NCBI GenBank assembly: GCA_951406725.2
Contig: OX597821.1
Location: 102,052,001 to 102,116,000 of the forward strand
DNA length: 64,000 nucleotides
Direction of reading: 5' to 3'
From: Octopus vulgaris
Taxonomy: Eukaryota
The notes beneath the pieces were generated by a model. That model was not told the DNA's origin and did no database searches. It worked only from the letters and a program-made list of their open reading frames with translations. This document shows, piece by piece, positions 14,750 through 28,275 of this stretch (its first letter is position 1; each line of letters starts with the position of its first letter). Position numbers and translations under genes: made by a program.

Positions 14750-15070
14750 ATGCGTGGCTCTTTGGGCAAGTGTCTTCAACTATAGCCTCGGGCCGAACAA
14801 AGCTTTGTGAGTGGATTTAGTAGACGGAAACTGAAAGAAGTCCGTCGTGTGTGTGTGTGATGTGTTTGCGTCTTAGGATGTTCCCCACCACTGCTTGACA
14901 GCCGGTGTTGTATTTACATCCCAGTAACTTAGCTGTTCGGCACAAATGACTGATGCAATAAAAGTACCTTGCTTAAAAAAAATTAAGTACAGTGTTCGAT
15001 TCATTCGACTAAAAATTCTGCAAGGCAGTGCCCCCAGCATGTCCTCAGTCTAATGACTGAAACAAATAAT
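14750..15070 (+). mobile_element. SINE, same family as 2066-2475
   Basis: TTGGGCAAGTGTCTTC...GTGAGTGGATTT.GTAGACGGAAACTGAAAGAAG...TGACTGAAACAA. Confidence 0.8.
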
Positions 15071-15072
15071 AG

Positions 15073-15130
<58 letters not shown>

Positions 15131-15654
15131 TACGTATATATAAAAAGCAATGTGTGACTTGTTGGTCACGCTGGTGTAGGGAAACTAAAACAACAAACAA
15201 TGGGAATGATTGTTTGTCAGAGACTCCTAATGCTAGCAAAGATTAGCAAGAAGTTTTGCTCTGAAGTAGTTGTGGAAATTTCTACCCTACATTATGTTTC
15301 CTTCAACAATTTAACGCACACACATACATTTAAATATATATGCAATTAAATATTACCTGTTTTTTTTTTAATATTGCTCATGTAAATTTACATATATCAT
15401 TATCATCATCGTTTAACGTCCGCTTTCCATGCTAGCATGGGTTGGACGATTTGACTGAGGACTGGCGAACCACATGGCTGCACCAGGCTCCGATCTGATC
15501 TGGCAGAGTTTCTACAGCTGGATGCCCTTCCTAACGCCAACCACTCCGAGAGTGAAGTGGATGCTTTTACGTGCCACCGGCACAAGGGCCAGTCAGTCGG
15601 TACTGACAATGGCCACGCTCAAGTGGTGTTTTATATATATATATATATATATTA

Positions 15655-15970
15655 TTTTATTTGTTTCAGTCATTGAACTGTGGCCATGCTGGAGCACTGC
15701 ATTTTGTTGAATAAATCAACCCCAGGACTTATTCTTTGTAAGCTCAGTACTTACTCTATTGGTCTCTTTTGCCGAACCACTAAGTTATGGAGACGTATAT
15801 ACACCAAGATCGGTTGTCAAGCGATGGTGGGGGGGGGGGGACAAACACAGACACATACAAACACACACAAGGCTATAGTAGAAGACACTTGCCCAAAATG
15901 CCACACAGTGAAACTGAACCTGGAACCATGTGGTTGGTAAGCAAGCTACTTACCACATAGCCACTCCTCG
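15655..15970 (-). mobile_element. SINE, same family as 2066-2475
   Basis: TTGTTTCAGTCATT...GCCGAACC.CTAAGTTA...GAAGACACTTGCCCAA...AACCATGTGGTTGG. Confidence 0.8.
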
Positions 15971-16439
15971 CCATGCTTAACTGCTAAATCTACAAGTTCT
16001 TTTTCATTCTCTCTCTCTTTATTTCATGTTATTCCTTTCTGTTGAAGAGCATAGGTTCGAAATGTAAAAGGCATTTTCATTTTCCTAAGCATCAAACTAA
16101 TACACCTGTTTGTTGTTCATACACCTGTCTTCATCTTTTGTTTTTCTATAAATTTCTACTATATATATATAGTAGAAATTTATTATTCACTCTATTCCCT
16201 AAATTTGGATTTTTATTTACTTTATACAGCAACCCCAGTTCCTAACTGTGAACTATAAAATAACTTTTTTCAGCTTATCAAACTTTGATATGAGAAAAAT
16301 TTACAACCTTCTATGTCAATAAACCACTATTGTTCCTGAAAGTTGGTTTTTATACCTACTACGGACTGCTTGAAGCTTACTAACTTCCTACACCTTGATC
16401 CTAGGATCTTTCATATTACTATATATATATATATAAATG

Positions 16440-17230
16440 TGTGTTATCATCTCATTTCTGAGGTTTAATCTTCCTTAGTCTCCTTCTTCTACTTGTTCCT
16501 TCCAAATGGCTCTCCTTGCCAGCACATTCATCTCTCTTGCATCCTTTTATACCCAGTGTTTTCTCTCAGCCACTCTGTACCACATCATTCATACATACTC
16601 ACAGTGCACATGCAACAGCGCATGCTTGGTTCTTTACTTTCCAACTTTTTATACATTCTCTACACACAGCCCCCATATCTCACTACCATGCAACATTGCA
16701 CTTTATGCACAAACAATATAAAATTCATCCTTTGCTCAGAGAGAGAATCCTCTTGTTGTCAACAGTGGTAATAGTTCCCTGAACATTTTCCATCCTCTTT
16801 TTATTCAGTCTACCGGTATACTTTCAGAACACTTTTTATTGCTAAAGAGGTTTCCTAGGTTATAAAAGTTATCTACTACTTCCATACATTCTTGTAAATG
16901 TTATAAAGAGTTTTGTATTACAAACAAATCTTGTGCTTCTACAAAAATATTTTATTCACTGTCAACCACTACTGCTCTTGTTCATCCACAAATCACATTC
17001 AGATCATTGTATGGAATTACTACCCAATCCTTTTTCTGCATCCTGAGCACAATAATCTCCCTGATGGCATCAGAGTTCTGCCTTCTTTCCCTATTTACAA
17101 AAATTTTAGTCTTTGCTATGTTTACATTGAGGCATCCTCTTTATTCAAGAGTTTGTCAAAAATTTCTCTCAATCTTTTAAATAATCTCTACTATGAGGAC
17201 TGGGTTATCAGAATAAATGATTTCTGTTGC
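16440..17230 (-). mobile_element. Decayed RTE LINE fragment
   Basis: Reverse complement resembles 43500-43900 (ATGTTGCATGGTAGTGAGATATGG vs ATGCTACATGGCAGTGAAACATGG). Confidence 0.6.
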
Positions 17231-17716
17231 AGCAAGATTTGAAACTGAATCGACAAATTGCCAAGTAAAAATCATAGCCTTTTCATCTGATCAACCAAGT
17301 TATGGAACAATCAGCATTGAGACATGACGTGATGCATCTTTCTAGAGACTGCAAGAACGTCCTTTTGCAAAGCTTTTAAATGGGCATGTTTTGAGCACCA
17401 AAGTTCAGTTAGTGGCTGCCTGCAGCTAAGCTAACCACATGCTCATTTTGCTGCTTTTGACAGTCATTCTCATGAGTCTTTACTCAACCTAGACAGCAGC
17501 TTACCGTTTGTAGACATGAACACACATTGTGACACCATAAGCAACCAGTCTCAAATTCCTGTCATTGTTTGGTGATCTATAATAATTAAAGTAGGCTGAG
17601 ATCTGAGTTTTGGGGTACACTTACACCCTAACTTTAATTTACCCATTGTCAATTTTTACTGTACGTGTCTTACACCACTCTCATAAGCTATTCATCCACT
17701 AGTTTCCTTAATGACC

Positions 17717-17892
17717 GAGCTGGCTGAATCGTTTGCCGCTACGTTCCGAGTTCAAATTCCGCCGAGGTCGACTTTGCCTTTCATCCTTTCGAGGTCGATT
17801 AATTAAGTACCAGTTACGCACTGGGGTCGATGTAATCGACTTAATCCCTTTGTCCCCTCTATGTTTAGCCTCTTCTGGTCAATAAAGAAATA
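17717..17892 (+). mobile_element. Young tRNA-derived SINE with 16-bp TSD
   Basis: B-box-like GAGTTCAAATTCC and AATAAAGAAATA tail. Flanked by AGTTTCCTTAATGACC at 17701-17716 and 17893-17908. Confidence 0.85.
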
Positions 17893-20134
17893 AGTTTCCT
17901 TAATGACCAATAGACTACAGAATATTAAATGCTGGGATAGAAAGACTTAACTAAAAACTTGTCTAGTAGTTGTTTTACTATGAAGAGAGCATCGGTTGCA
18001 CTCCAACCTGACACGAATCCAAACTGCATCTGGCTGGATTCTCTTGCAAATCAATTGTATGAAGACAGTATTCCTTTAATTTCTTAGTCTATCAGTTTGA
18101 TACTTCTTGTAGATGTTCTTTCTCAAGCATCTCTTTTGCATTTGTAGTAGTTGATGATTAATCGGTCACGCTTGTCATTAATAACGACACCTCACTGTAT
18201 TATTTGGTTCAGAACATGGAGATATATACACAGCAAACATACACAATAACGTATAGATGCATTTGTATGTACACATGCGCACATATATACATATATATGT
18301 GATATACATATACACGCATAATATCTATCTGTCCATCCATATATATATATACATGACTGGCATTTGTATAAAACCTTTACTGTCGATTAAACGCCAACGA
18401 AATTTAATATCGATTAAAACGCTTTTAGACGTGGTCTTTTATGTCAAAACTCCTCGCAACACAAAACGGAGAAGGACTCTATAATCAGTGTTGGGTCGTC
18501 TTATTTGGATTAATCGTAGAAAGAGAGAGAGAGAGAGAGAGAGAGAATGAGAGGGGGAGGAGAATGCGAGAGAAAGTGAGAAGGAGGAGAGATATTGGTG
18601 TCAGTGAGAGATTAAGCCATATCAACTGTAATGTCCCACAGCACATTCCACAATATATATATATATATATACATATATTTATGTGTGTGTGTGTTTGTTT
18701 ATGTCAAGCTTATATATAAAAACAGTTGAACATCAAAGCGAAGGATTGTTCAATACTTTTTAGTAGAGTATAGTATAAATTTTTACAAAGAAAATATTCC
18801 TAGGAAGCCGAAACTTCAAAATCACTTTCGACCTTTTTCCTTGAAAAAATTCACACACACACACACATACATGTACCATCACCATGTACGAACAGCAGAT
18901 ATGAAATGAGATGTCGAAATAATAACAATAATAATAATATGGTCATGTAATATATGTGTTACATGTAGACACATGAAAAGAATCTACACGTGTACACCTC
19001 ACACACACACACACACTAGAGTGAGGGGGGAGTGTTAATAGCAAGATATTTAAAATATTCATGAAAAGAAGCAATGAAATTTATATATGTATATATGAAA
19101 TTTATATATATATATATATTTATTCAATGCATATGTAACTATACATGAATATTGAAGTAAGCACTTATGCATATGCATCAAAACGTGTGTATTTATATTT
19201 TTATAGTAATGCTAAACATGTATTTTAGCGTATCCATATCTATGTTCATTTATTTGTATGTATATTGAGTATTGTGGAAGTGTATTTGTAAGTAAAGCCC
19301 GTATATTTGTATATTAACTAATATTAAATAATGATAAAGTGGAAACGTCTTGTGTACGTGTGTGCAAGATCACTGGCTGTTTTATAACATTATATATTCC
19401 CTTATTTAAATAATAAAATTACTACTTCCTGTTTTTGCCATTTCGAAATCAGCTGTACGTAGATTTCACTACTATGGCAATAGAGAGAGAGAGAGAGTGA
19501 GAGTGTGTGTGTGTGTGTTTAAGACTAAAATTTAAGAAACCGAGCGAAGTTCTGAAATATATTGTCTTAAACCAACTGTAAGAATACATGTAACACCAAT
19601 TCTAGCTCAATGTCTAACTTAGATAGGCATTGTTGTTGGAAATTACCTACTCTTATTAACAAGTTCAAATGTAGCTTATCTTGTTATGTTGTTGAGATTT
19701 AAAAAATCCCCTTAAATTTAGAAATTATTCCTTAATGAATAAAAAAAATTAATGAAATTATATAAGACTTGCACTGGGACACATCGGCTGCATAGCAATA
19801 ATAATAGTAATAATGATATTATTGTTCTTGGTAAAATTGGAAAAAAATATTGTAATAAGCAAACTGTGTGTATATATATATATATACACATATATGTTGT
19901 ATGTGTAAGTATTGAAGTATTAGGTTTGATATAAAAATTGGTTATAATAGTAATATAAAAAAATTATCCGTCTATGGTAGCAAACCGATATTAGTGTGAA
20001 TTAAATATACAGTAGCAGGAGAAGTCGGATTCTATGTCCGCCGACCATGTCGGCATCAACTCATTGCGTGATAGCGACCACGACGATGGTGCTTATGGTG
20101 ATGATGATAATGTTGATGATGAGAGAACGATATG

Positions 20135-20225
20135 GATCCGGAAGTGATCTGTCATATGATCCGTGACGTCATGACTAAACCATACACGAAATGCATTGTG
20201 GCCCGGATGTAAGATGGCGGCTGCT
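20135..20225 (+). promoter_or_regulatory. TATA-less housekeeping-type core promoter of WAC
   Basis: ETS/GABP-type CCGGAAGTG (20138), perfect CRE TGACGTCA (20164), CCGGATGT (20203) and YY1 AAGATGGCGGC (20211). Further YY1-type sites at 20418 (CCGCCATCTT) and about 21252 (AAAATGGCCG). CpG is retained locally. Confidence 0.7.
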
Positions 20226-20323
20226 GTTTTCTATGTGAAATCTATGTAGATGACTGTGAATGAAGAAAGCGTCATAATTTAGCAACCTGTGCTGCCAGCT
20301 GCACTTACCTGACGCCAGTTTTA

Positions 20324-20364
20324 ATGGTAATGCATGCAAGGAAACTTCCAAGACTCAATGATGG
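20324..20364 (+). CDS. WAC: WAC orthologue (WW domain-containing adaptor with coiled-coil), coding exon 1
   Basis: Reads MVMHARKLPRLND(G) and ends GG|GTACAA (41 nt, phase 2). Closely matches the vertebrate WAC N-terminus MVMYARKQQRLSDG as recalled. Lies just downstream of a YY1/ETS/CRE promoter. Confidence 0.9.
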
Positions 20365-20569
20365 GTACAATATTGTTTATAATTTCCTCTCAATTCAATT
20401 GTTTCTTCTCTCCTAATCCGCCATCTTTGTTGTCAAAACGTTTTTTTCCCCCAAAAATGCGTCCATTTCCGCAGTCTGCTGTAAAAACAAAAAAAACAAA
20501 AACTTAGAAAAGACTTCTTTATAATAATTCTTTTAATAATATTTTTTCTTCTTATTTCTTTTCTTTTAG

Positions 20570-20603
20570 GTATGGTGATAAAAAGGAAACCCATCTGTAT
20601 CAG
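20570..20603 (+). CDS. WAC: WAC coding exon 2 (34-nt microexon)
   Basis: Long polypyrimidine tract ending TTTTAG|, exon (G)YGDKKETHLYQ, donor CAG|GTAAAT. Phase 2 in, phase 0 out, in frame with exon 1. Resembles human WAC CHDRRGDSQPYQ. Confidence 0.85.
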
Positions 20604-23600
20604 GTAAATTAATGTCTGTCTCGTCTGTGTGTGTATATATATATATATGTATATATATAATATATATGTTATATATATGCTGTTACTGCCTTTATCCTTA
20701 TTATACGCTTTTGTATTATAAGATATATATACTCGCACATTTATATGTACATATATGTGTGTGTGTGTGTGTATATATATACATACATGCACGCACATAT
20801 ATATGTATCCTAAATTATACACGTATTTATGTATATATATATATATATATGCATAAATATCTATCTATATACATGTATGTATATATATGCGTATATGTAT
20901 GCATATCAGTATTTTACCTATGTGTACATACACGCACATATATATATATATATATATTCATATATAAACATAACGTATAATATATATATTTATATATATA
21001 GCTATACGCATTCATATCTATATATAATATGGACACAAACTGTCAAGCCTACACATGGGTTTGCTCCCTCGTCAGTTCCTGACAAAATACTTTGTGGCTT
21101 AGAACAGAGGGATCGACTATAATAATGTTCTGTAGATTACAGCTCACCGTCTTGCCTAGGTTTGGAGTTCATGAAATGATAACTCCAAGTTCGGTTTAGT
21201 TGTCAATGATATATATTTCAACTATTTAATAATATGAATAAGTAGTGGGGAAAAATGGCCGGTGCTGTGATCTTTTGTTGTCGTTTTTAGAAAGCTTTTT
21301 CTTAAAAGCTTTTTACTGAAGAATGCAGCAGACTGATCCCTCACTACGTGGCCGCTCTCTCATGATATATGTCTGTCTATAATAGTCATCATATCTCTTA
21401 CTTTTTGCCAGCTTGCCTCGCCTCTTTTTTCTTTGCTCGCTTTTTTTTTTTAAATCTCCCCTCCCATCAGTGTCCCGCTTTACTGTGTTCCCCCTCTTTT
21501 TTTTTTTAGTTTGTTTAATCAGTCAATCTCTATTTTATTGCATTTGATTTTAATTTTTTTTAAAATGTAACAAATGTTCTTCCGTTTGATTGAATAAATC
21601 CTCCGTTTGTCTGTTCTAATTTATGATCATTTATATTTTGAGTAAAAATTGAAAAATATTTTATATATACCTAACTATAATGAAATTAGTAATAATTTGT
21701 TTTCTTTTCCTGAATTTTTAATTAATAAAATATGTACAATGATCAGACGGCATAAAAATCCATTTCGATTATTCTTAAAGTGTTTTAAATTTATACTATG
21801 CATGTTATTAAATAGTTTAAATAACGGCGAAAAAAATATCTGTATATACTTAATGCTTTATCCTGAAGTGAATCTATCAATATATATGTAATTTAAGTCC
21901 GGCTCCTGTTATCGCTGTATTACCGGTCTATGTAGACTACTGGGACATGCCGATATCTCATTTAAAAAAGCTATCAGAAGTAGTCGTCTTTATTGATGGA
22001 AGGTCTGGGACCCCTCCCCTTTATATCGTTACTACGTCTCTCTTTTATTCGATCGAGTATATTATATATAATATATATGTATAATCTCTGCATAGATTTT
22101 TTTAGTCATATTCTAATGCTATTCAAACCTTGTCTAATCTATTCAAATTATACACCATAATAATTCTGCAGATCCTATTCAGTAGGATGTATATATTCCC
22201 AGTTTTTGTCTCTATACAAACGCAATTAAAATCTAAGAATAACTTCGATACCCCAATTCTTATCATCCACTATGGATGGATGGGTACCATTTTAAACTGT
22301 ATCTCTTTCTGTAGAAGCTCTCATAACAGCCATTTAAGCAGTTTTTTTTTACGTTCTTAAAATAAAAATTCATTTGGTTATATATAAAAAACCTGTTTGG
22401 AATGTATTTAAAAATAAATTTCTTAAATGTATCTTAATTTGAATTAACAAATATTCTACATACTTTGGTGTGGTGCCTTTGTGTTTTGACAGAAGAAAAA
22501 TTTAAGCTTATTATATATGTAATTGCGTTAGTATGTATGCATTCTGTATGTGTCAAATCATTTCATGCATGTATGTGCATTGATGTTTGAAATTTTGGTT
22601 TTTGTGGGGGAAGTAGTAAGGTGCAAAGCTTATATCTTTATTAAAGAGCTAACACCCGTTTATGTCACGTGTGTATTTATCGATGCTACCATCTATCTCA
22701 GGTGCATTTACATGCATATATGTCTGTCTGTGTTGCTAATATAGTCCCATGTGTGTATAAGCAAACACACACACCTCAGAAGCTATAGTGCAGAAATAGA
22801 GGTATTTACATGAAAATCATTCTCATATTCTAAATAACAGTGCATGTTTTTACTTGTGTTAGAATAAGTGTATGTTATGTACTCAAATAGCTGATGGATG
22901 ATCTATACACACATATATAAAGATAAATATATGTGTATGTGTGATCACTGCATAAGTTGGAAGAATAAGGATAAAACATACTAAATTTAGTATTTACTTA
23001 AAAAATACAAGGAATAACTAGATGGCATTTTAGTTACTGGGATAAGAATATGTAAATATCCTGTGAATTAATATAGGATTTATAGAGAACAGGCATGTGT
23101 GTGTATATTGTGATTTAATTGGTAAATATATTAATGTAGTTATGAAATAAACTTACATAGAATTTTATTGTAATGCAAATGATTATTATTACTGTTAGGT
23201 GTTATATTTATATGTGTATAATTGTAGTAATGCAACAGGATTAGAATTCATTTTAGTATTTTTCAAAAATTTATTTCAGTATATGTTAAAACAATATTTA
23301 AAAGTTGAATTTGTCAAACAGATTTTGCCTTATTTGAAAATTATAATGGGTGTGTCACATTTTCATGTTCTAGATTTAAATTGTCATGCCAATGAATTTG
23401 ACATGTTGAATTTTTTGTAATTTATACATTGTATGTTGCTGACCATTTTAATTTAGAAGTACTTGGTAATATATAATACACCATAAATTTATATTTTTCT
23501 GAAGAATCATATGACCAAGTCAGTAATATCAGACCTCTGATAAAGGGGTGAATGGTTTGTATTATCTTATTTTGTTGCCGCTTTTTGTCCTAAGAAATTT

Positions 23601-24249
23601 AACTCTCAAATGGCCCATGTCAACAAACTAGGTATCATGCCTCTATTTGTAAATAAGAGTCTTATTAATTGATGAATATTTGTTTAGTATACTGGTTTCA
23701 CATCCTCGGAAAGTTATAAACATGGACTGAATTGTCACTCTGACTTATGTAGATTGATTCCATTATCATCATCGTTATGTGTTGGTTTTCCAAACTAGTG
23801 TAGTCTAGATGGTCATCACAGTCCATTTTGGTCCTTATATGGATTTACTACCTTCATAAAGGGGGTCAGAGGGACAATGTCTTCCTTGTAAGTTTCAGTT
23901 TTTGGTTTTAGTTCTATAACTAGATGTTCTTCTGTAACCGACTTCTTTACATTGTGTATTGGGTGTATTATATCAGAGAGGTTGTCATGTCCTTGACAAG
24001 CCAAAATGTCTTCTTGACCCTATGTTGTCTCTGCTCAGTTGCTAACATTGCCAAGTTTGCAATTTTTGGTGTTGAACCAATACTTTTTTTGACCACACCT
24101 GCTCATCTGTAGAATAGGATATAGTCGAGGGTGATAAATTACCACCCTCCCATTAGTGCAGGACTATTTGGCCTATTAGCATGAAGAATACTACATTTAA
24201 CTGTCTGGTGGGATGGTGGTGGTGGTGGGGACAAAAGTGAGAGCTTTAA

Positions 24250-26000
24250 CCACCGTTTATTCTGCAATCCTTTTGATTGCAGATGATATAAGGGATTGTA
24301 TTTAAGAAATGCATTCAATTTTCTGTTGCCAGGAACAGATTATTGCTATGAAATATTCAAGGGTGATGCTTGCCATCAAAATATTTGGTTTACCATTTTC
24401 AGAAAAAATACTTGTAAGACATGTTTATTGTGAAACTCTTTCTATCAGGAACATGAGTAGCCTCTGGTAATTCTGAAAAAGAATACACTGTGATAAGCAT
24501 TAATCTGATACCATTAACAAGAGAATAATACATAGGTATATGAGGTCAGGTTTCCATTATTTTGGGCCATAAATGAAACTTGTTCTTTAGAAAAGATTTT
24601 GTCTTTGTAAATTTTGGACATCTGTGCATGTAGTCCTTGATATATGAAAGCCAAGCTACTATGCTCAGGTAATTGCATTTAATAGTGTTAACTGTGGACA
24701 TTGTCATGAACACTTTGATTTGCTTCTTGGACCCTTGAGGCAGGACAAACTATTGTAAAGAATGCTATATTCTAGAGTTAATCTATGTTTGACATCTTAT
24801 AAGGTCTTTCAGTATCAGAACAGTTACTTCTGATATTTTTAATTCTATAAATGATTTTGCCTAATCAGATCATGCAGGCTATCACAGTGCAACACATTGA
24901 TTCCTCTCCAGTGTCTGTAACTATTATTATCCAAGTTAGTATCCTACAATTGCACTCAAAAATGTAACTGAGAACATGTCGGTGTAGAGGAATTGAATTT
25001 TTCTCGCATGTAATATAAAAATCAAATGCTGTCAGCTGTATAGTACACCTCAGTATCTTTGAAAGTGTAACCTGTGAGTGGTCTTGCATTATTTAAGATA
25101 AGAGAGGTCCATGATTAATATGTAAGCAGAAATTTCCTACCAGTTAAAAATGAAGAGTAGTTTGTGGTCCACTCAATTGTTCTCTCAATATTTGAATAAT
25201 TAGGTGCAGTAGTGATTAACTTTGATAAAAAAAAACATAACTGAGTAGTTATCCACAGACAAATTCCTGTTACAGACTACTCAGTAGCATTTGCTGTAAA
25301 TGTGATGTCTTTATTAACATCAAACGTCCTCACATCAAGATCTCAGCAAGAGCCCTTTTTAAATTATTGAATAGCTTTTACTGAACATTTTGTCCAACCA
25401 AATTCAACTTGTTTGCACAATTTCACAAAAGGTTCGACCATTTCAGAATATTTTATCAAATGTCATCCATAAAAAAAATTAACTAATACAAAAACAGATT
25501 CAAATTCTTTACTAGAAACCTAATAGCTTCTTGATCAACTGTCATTATGGAGAAACAGCTTCCTTTGAAATGTAATGTCCTACAAGTGATATCTTGTGAA
25601 TTTCATATTCTTCTCATTTAATGATTATGACTGTCTTTCATCCATCCACATCAGATTTCTTTCTTGGTAGTTGTCTGAAAACTTTTCATAATAGAGTATT
25701 TATGTTGCCACTCAAGGTATTTTCTAGTATACATGGAAAAATAGACTTTGTATTTTTATGCATTAACATATTGCTGTCCATCTCATCAAACCAAATGAGA
25801 ATGATTTCTTTGAAATGTCTATTTGAATTGGGTTGTATGCACCTTGGTGATGTAATTTTGCGAAAGATTCCATCCCAAGTAATGCCTGAGAGTTCATTGG
25901 ATCTTGTGATTAACACTGCCTTGTAGTCACCACTAGAATAGGTAATACCTAGCTGCTATTTTCAAGTGAACCATCCTCTGATATACCTTGTTCAACCATT
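24250..26000 (-). mobile_element. Possible highly decayed hAT (Charlie-like) transposase
   Basis: Scattered minus-strand fragments (P.S.RHFKE; IIVTDTGEESM; TVNTIK) recall hAT motifs in plausible order. Many stops. Confidence 0.35.
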
Positions 26001-26827
26001 ACAATTACTATTGGGAAAATATAAATTAGTTTACCAGTTACAAAATATAAAGGTTGTTCATTTTCTTTCAATTTAATACTGGCTTCATAGCATGCAGCCA
26101 TAAAAGTCTTAGAAAACTTGTCCAACTTATGTCACCATGGAAAAGTGGAAGGTGATGGTGATTAATATTGGCCTTTTTTTTTTTTTTTTTCAGCATATCT
26201 GTATCTTTGTCAGGCTTGATGGTTAATTAATCTTCTGTCAATGTTTAGTATATTAGTTCTAACAAGACTAGTACTTTTATCACAGTCTCTGACTACTCGT
26301 TTAAATCGAATGTCTGTCTCTAGAGTACCTTAAAAAGGCTTCACTGTTCAGTTAAACTGGCAAAAGCATAAGTAAATTTTGACAAGTTAGAATTGACCAA
26401 TGAGTATCCAAAAGTTTTTGAAATTAGGGTAACCTCACTGCTTGGATTGACTTGCATACCCTAACTGACATTCAGTTTTAATTTTAGGTAAGGTAGTTCT
26501 TTTCTTGCCTTATAGTATACACTTATTTCTGTGTCAGGTCTTTCATCATTAATTTATGAAGTTCAGCATATTCTACATTTTTAAAAAAAGAATTAATAGT
26601 TGAAAGTGGTTCTTTTTGTCAAACAATTTCTCTAGCTTTCCAATTGTATGGCATTTATTTTTAATAAACATAACTGTAAAATTTTGAGAAAATATTTTCA
26701 TCATACACATGCACATCAGCTATTTTAGGCTTTATTTCATGAGAAATGTCATTTCCTGCTCTGTGAAATTCATGTGTGCATCAAGTGATGTATTTACAAA
26801 CTGCATCCAAACATCTTTGATCTAAAG

Positions 26828-27371
26828 CAAGGAGTTTTCAAACCATGGTACACAAGAAAAAATATGGAGGTACATGAGATAGTAAAATACTGGAATTCTC
26901 AAGTAATCACTACCAACTAAACACAAATTGTGTATCTAGAAAATGTGTAGATAGTCTTTTGCTGTTCCCATCCACTTGTTATGAAAGGTTTTCAACATAG
27001 TTTATAACCAAAAACAAATTCCTTACAGGTTGTCAATTACAGAATATGTGAGGGTGCCTGCAATTTAATCATTAGAAAGTGTCAAGTGGATCCTTCTTAG
27101 TAAAAATATAAGATAAAATTAAATGAAATTGATTTCTTTCAGAGGTATAGGGTCAGAAATTTTGAGATTTTGATTATATTGATCTCAGTACTTGATTACT
27201 GCTTTTATTTATCCTGGAAGGAAGAAAGGCAAAGTTGACTATAGTGGAATTTGAACTTTTTATATCGTCTGTTCTGTGATATTGAACCATTTTACATTAT
27301 ATTTTTCGCATAGAGTACAACAATGCTGGACATGAAGGGGTACGTTGGAATAAAAATTTTGAGAACCACTG
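26828..27371. mobile_element. hAT-Charlie-type MITE with 8-bp TSD
   Basis: Ends CAAGGAGTTTTCAAA and TTTGAGAACCACTG. Flanked by direct repeat ATCTAAAG (26820-26827, 27372-27379). Contains a nested SINE fragment. Confidence 0.75.
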
Positions 27372-27937
27372 ATCTAAAGAATATCAGATATATGCTTTCA
27401 ATGAGTCGCATTTATATTAGTTAATCTTTGATACTCTAGTCACCTTGATCAAGCTCACAATACTGAGACCCATTGCCAAGATGATGCAAGAATTTTGCTA
27501 TAGGCTCAAACTACTTTTGATGTGATATAAAACAAAATTGGTTTGCCAATGACCAACATTTTATACTTTAAATTATCCATTATATATAGTCTCATTTACC
27601 TCATTGAAATACATCTTCTAGTTGCTTTAAGTGAATCATTGTCATCTTTCAATATCTTTGTTCTTAGTGTGGCAGCAAATTATGCTTCAACAATGTCAGT
27701 CTCAGTCAGCACTAATTTGGACCCTACTGGCAACACCATTTGTTAGGAAGAGAACAAATCACAAGGATATATCAATAATTTTGACAAGGAATACCAAATA
27801 TCTCTCGACCACTGCAGATTAAAGGGAACTTTGACAACTACCAACAGTCTTAATAGGGGAGAAGATTATTCATACCAGTTTCATATTACTCAATGCTTTT
27901 TATTCTGCTAGAATTAATTTGTAAACATTTAGTTTGA

Positions 27938-28275
27938 TGTACTTGCATAGCGAGTGACTTGATCTGAGATCGTGTGCTTGAACGAAAACAATTGCAGCGT
28001 GGAAGGTGTTTATAAGCCATTTAAGAAACACACAAAACCGTTCGATTCACTTCAACATTTAAATTTAATTTGTCAAAATATTTTCGTCGCTCTGAGACCG
28101 CGACCTGTTCACTGACAAAGCTTCGTGCTGCATCTCTTGCCTAAGCTTTGTCAGTGAACAGGTCGCGGTCTCAAAGCGCTGAAAATATTTTGACAAATTA
28201 AATTTAAATGTTGAAGTGAATCTAACGGCTTTGTGTGTTTCTTAAATGGCTTATAAACATCTTCCATGCTGCAAT
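27938..28275. mobile_element. Young fold-back insertion (133-bp inverted arms) with hammerhead-like cores, probably Penelope-like
   Basis: Arms 27991-28123 and 28143-28275 with a 19-nt loop. Flanked by 12-bp direct repeat CATTTAGTTTGA (27926-27937, 28276-28287). CpGs retained. Confidence 0.8.
28069..28119 (-). ncRNA. Candidate minimal type-I hammerhead ribozyme, G3:C8 variant
   Basis: Minus strand: stem I UUUGUCA/UGACAAA, core GUGAACA plus an extra G, stem II GUCGC/GCGAC, GAAA, palindromic AUAU, UU. A + strand copy at 28147-28197 has a damaged stem II. Confidence 0.55.

Noticed and set aside
20214-20249. ATGGCGGCT as the true start codon
   Set aside because: It closes after 11 codons with no donor site. 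The ATG at 20324 gives the WAC-like N-terminus.
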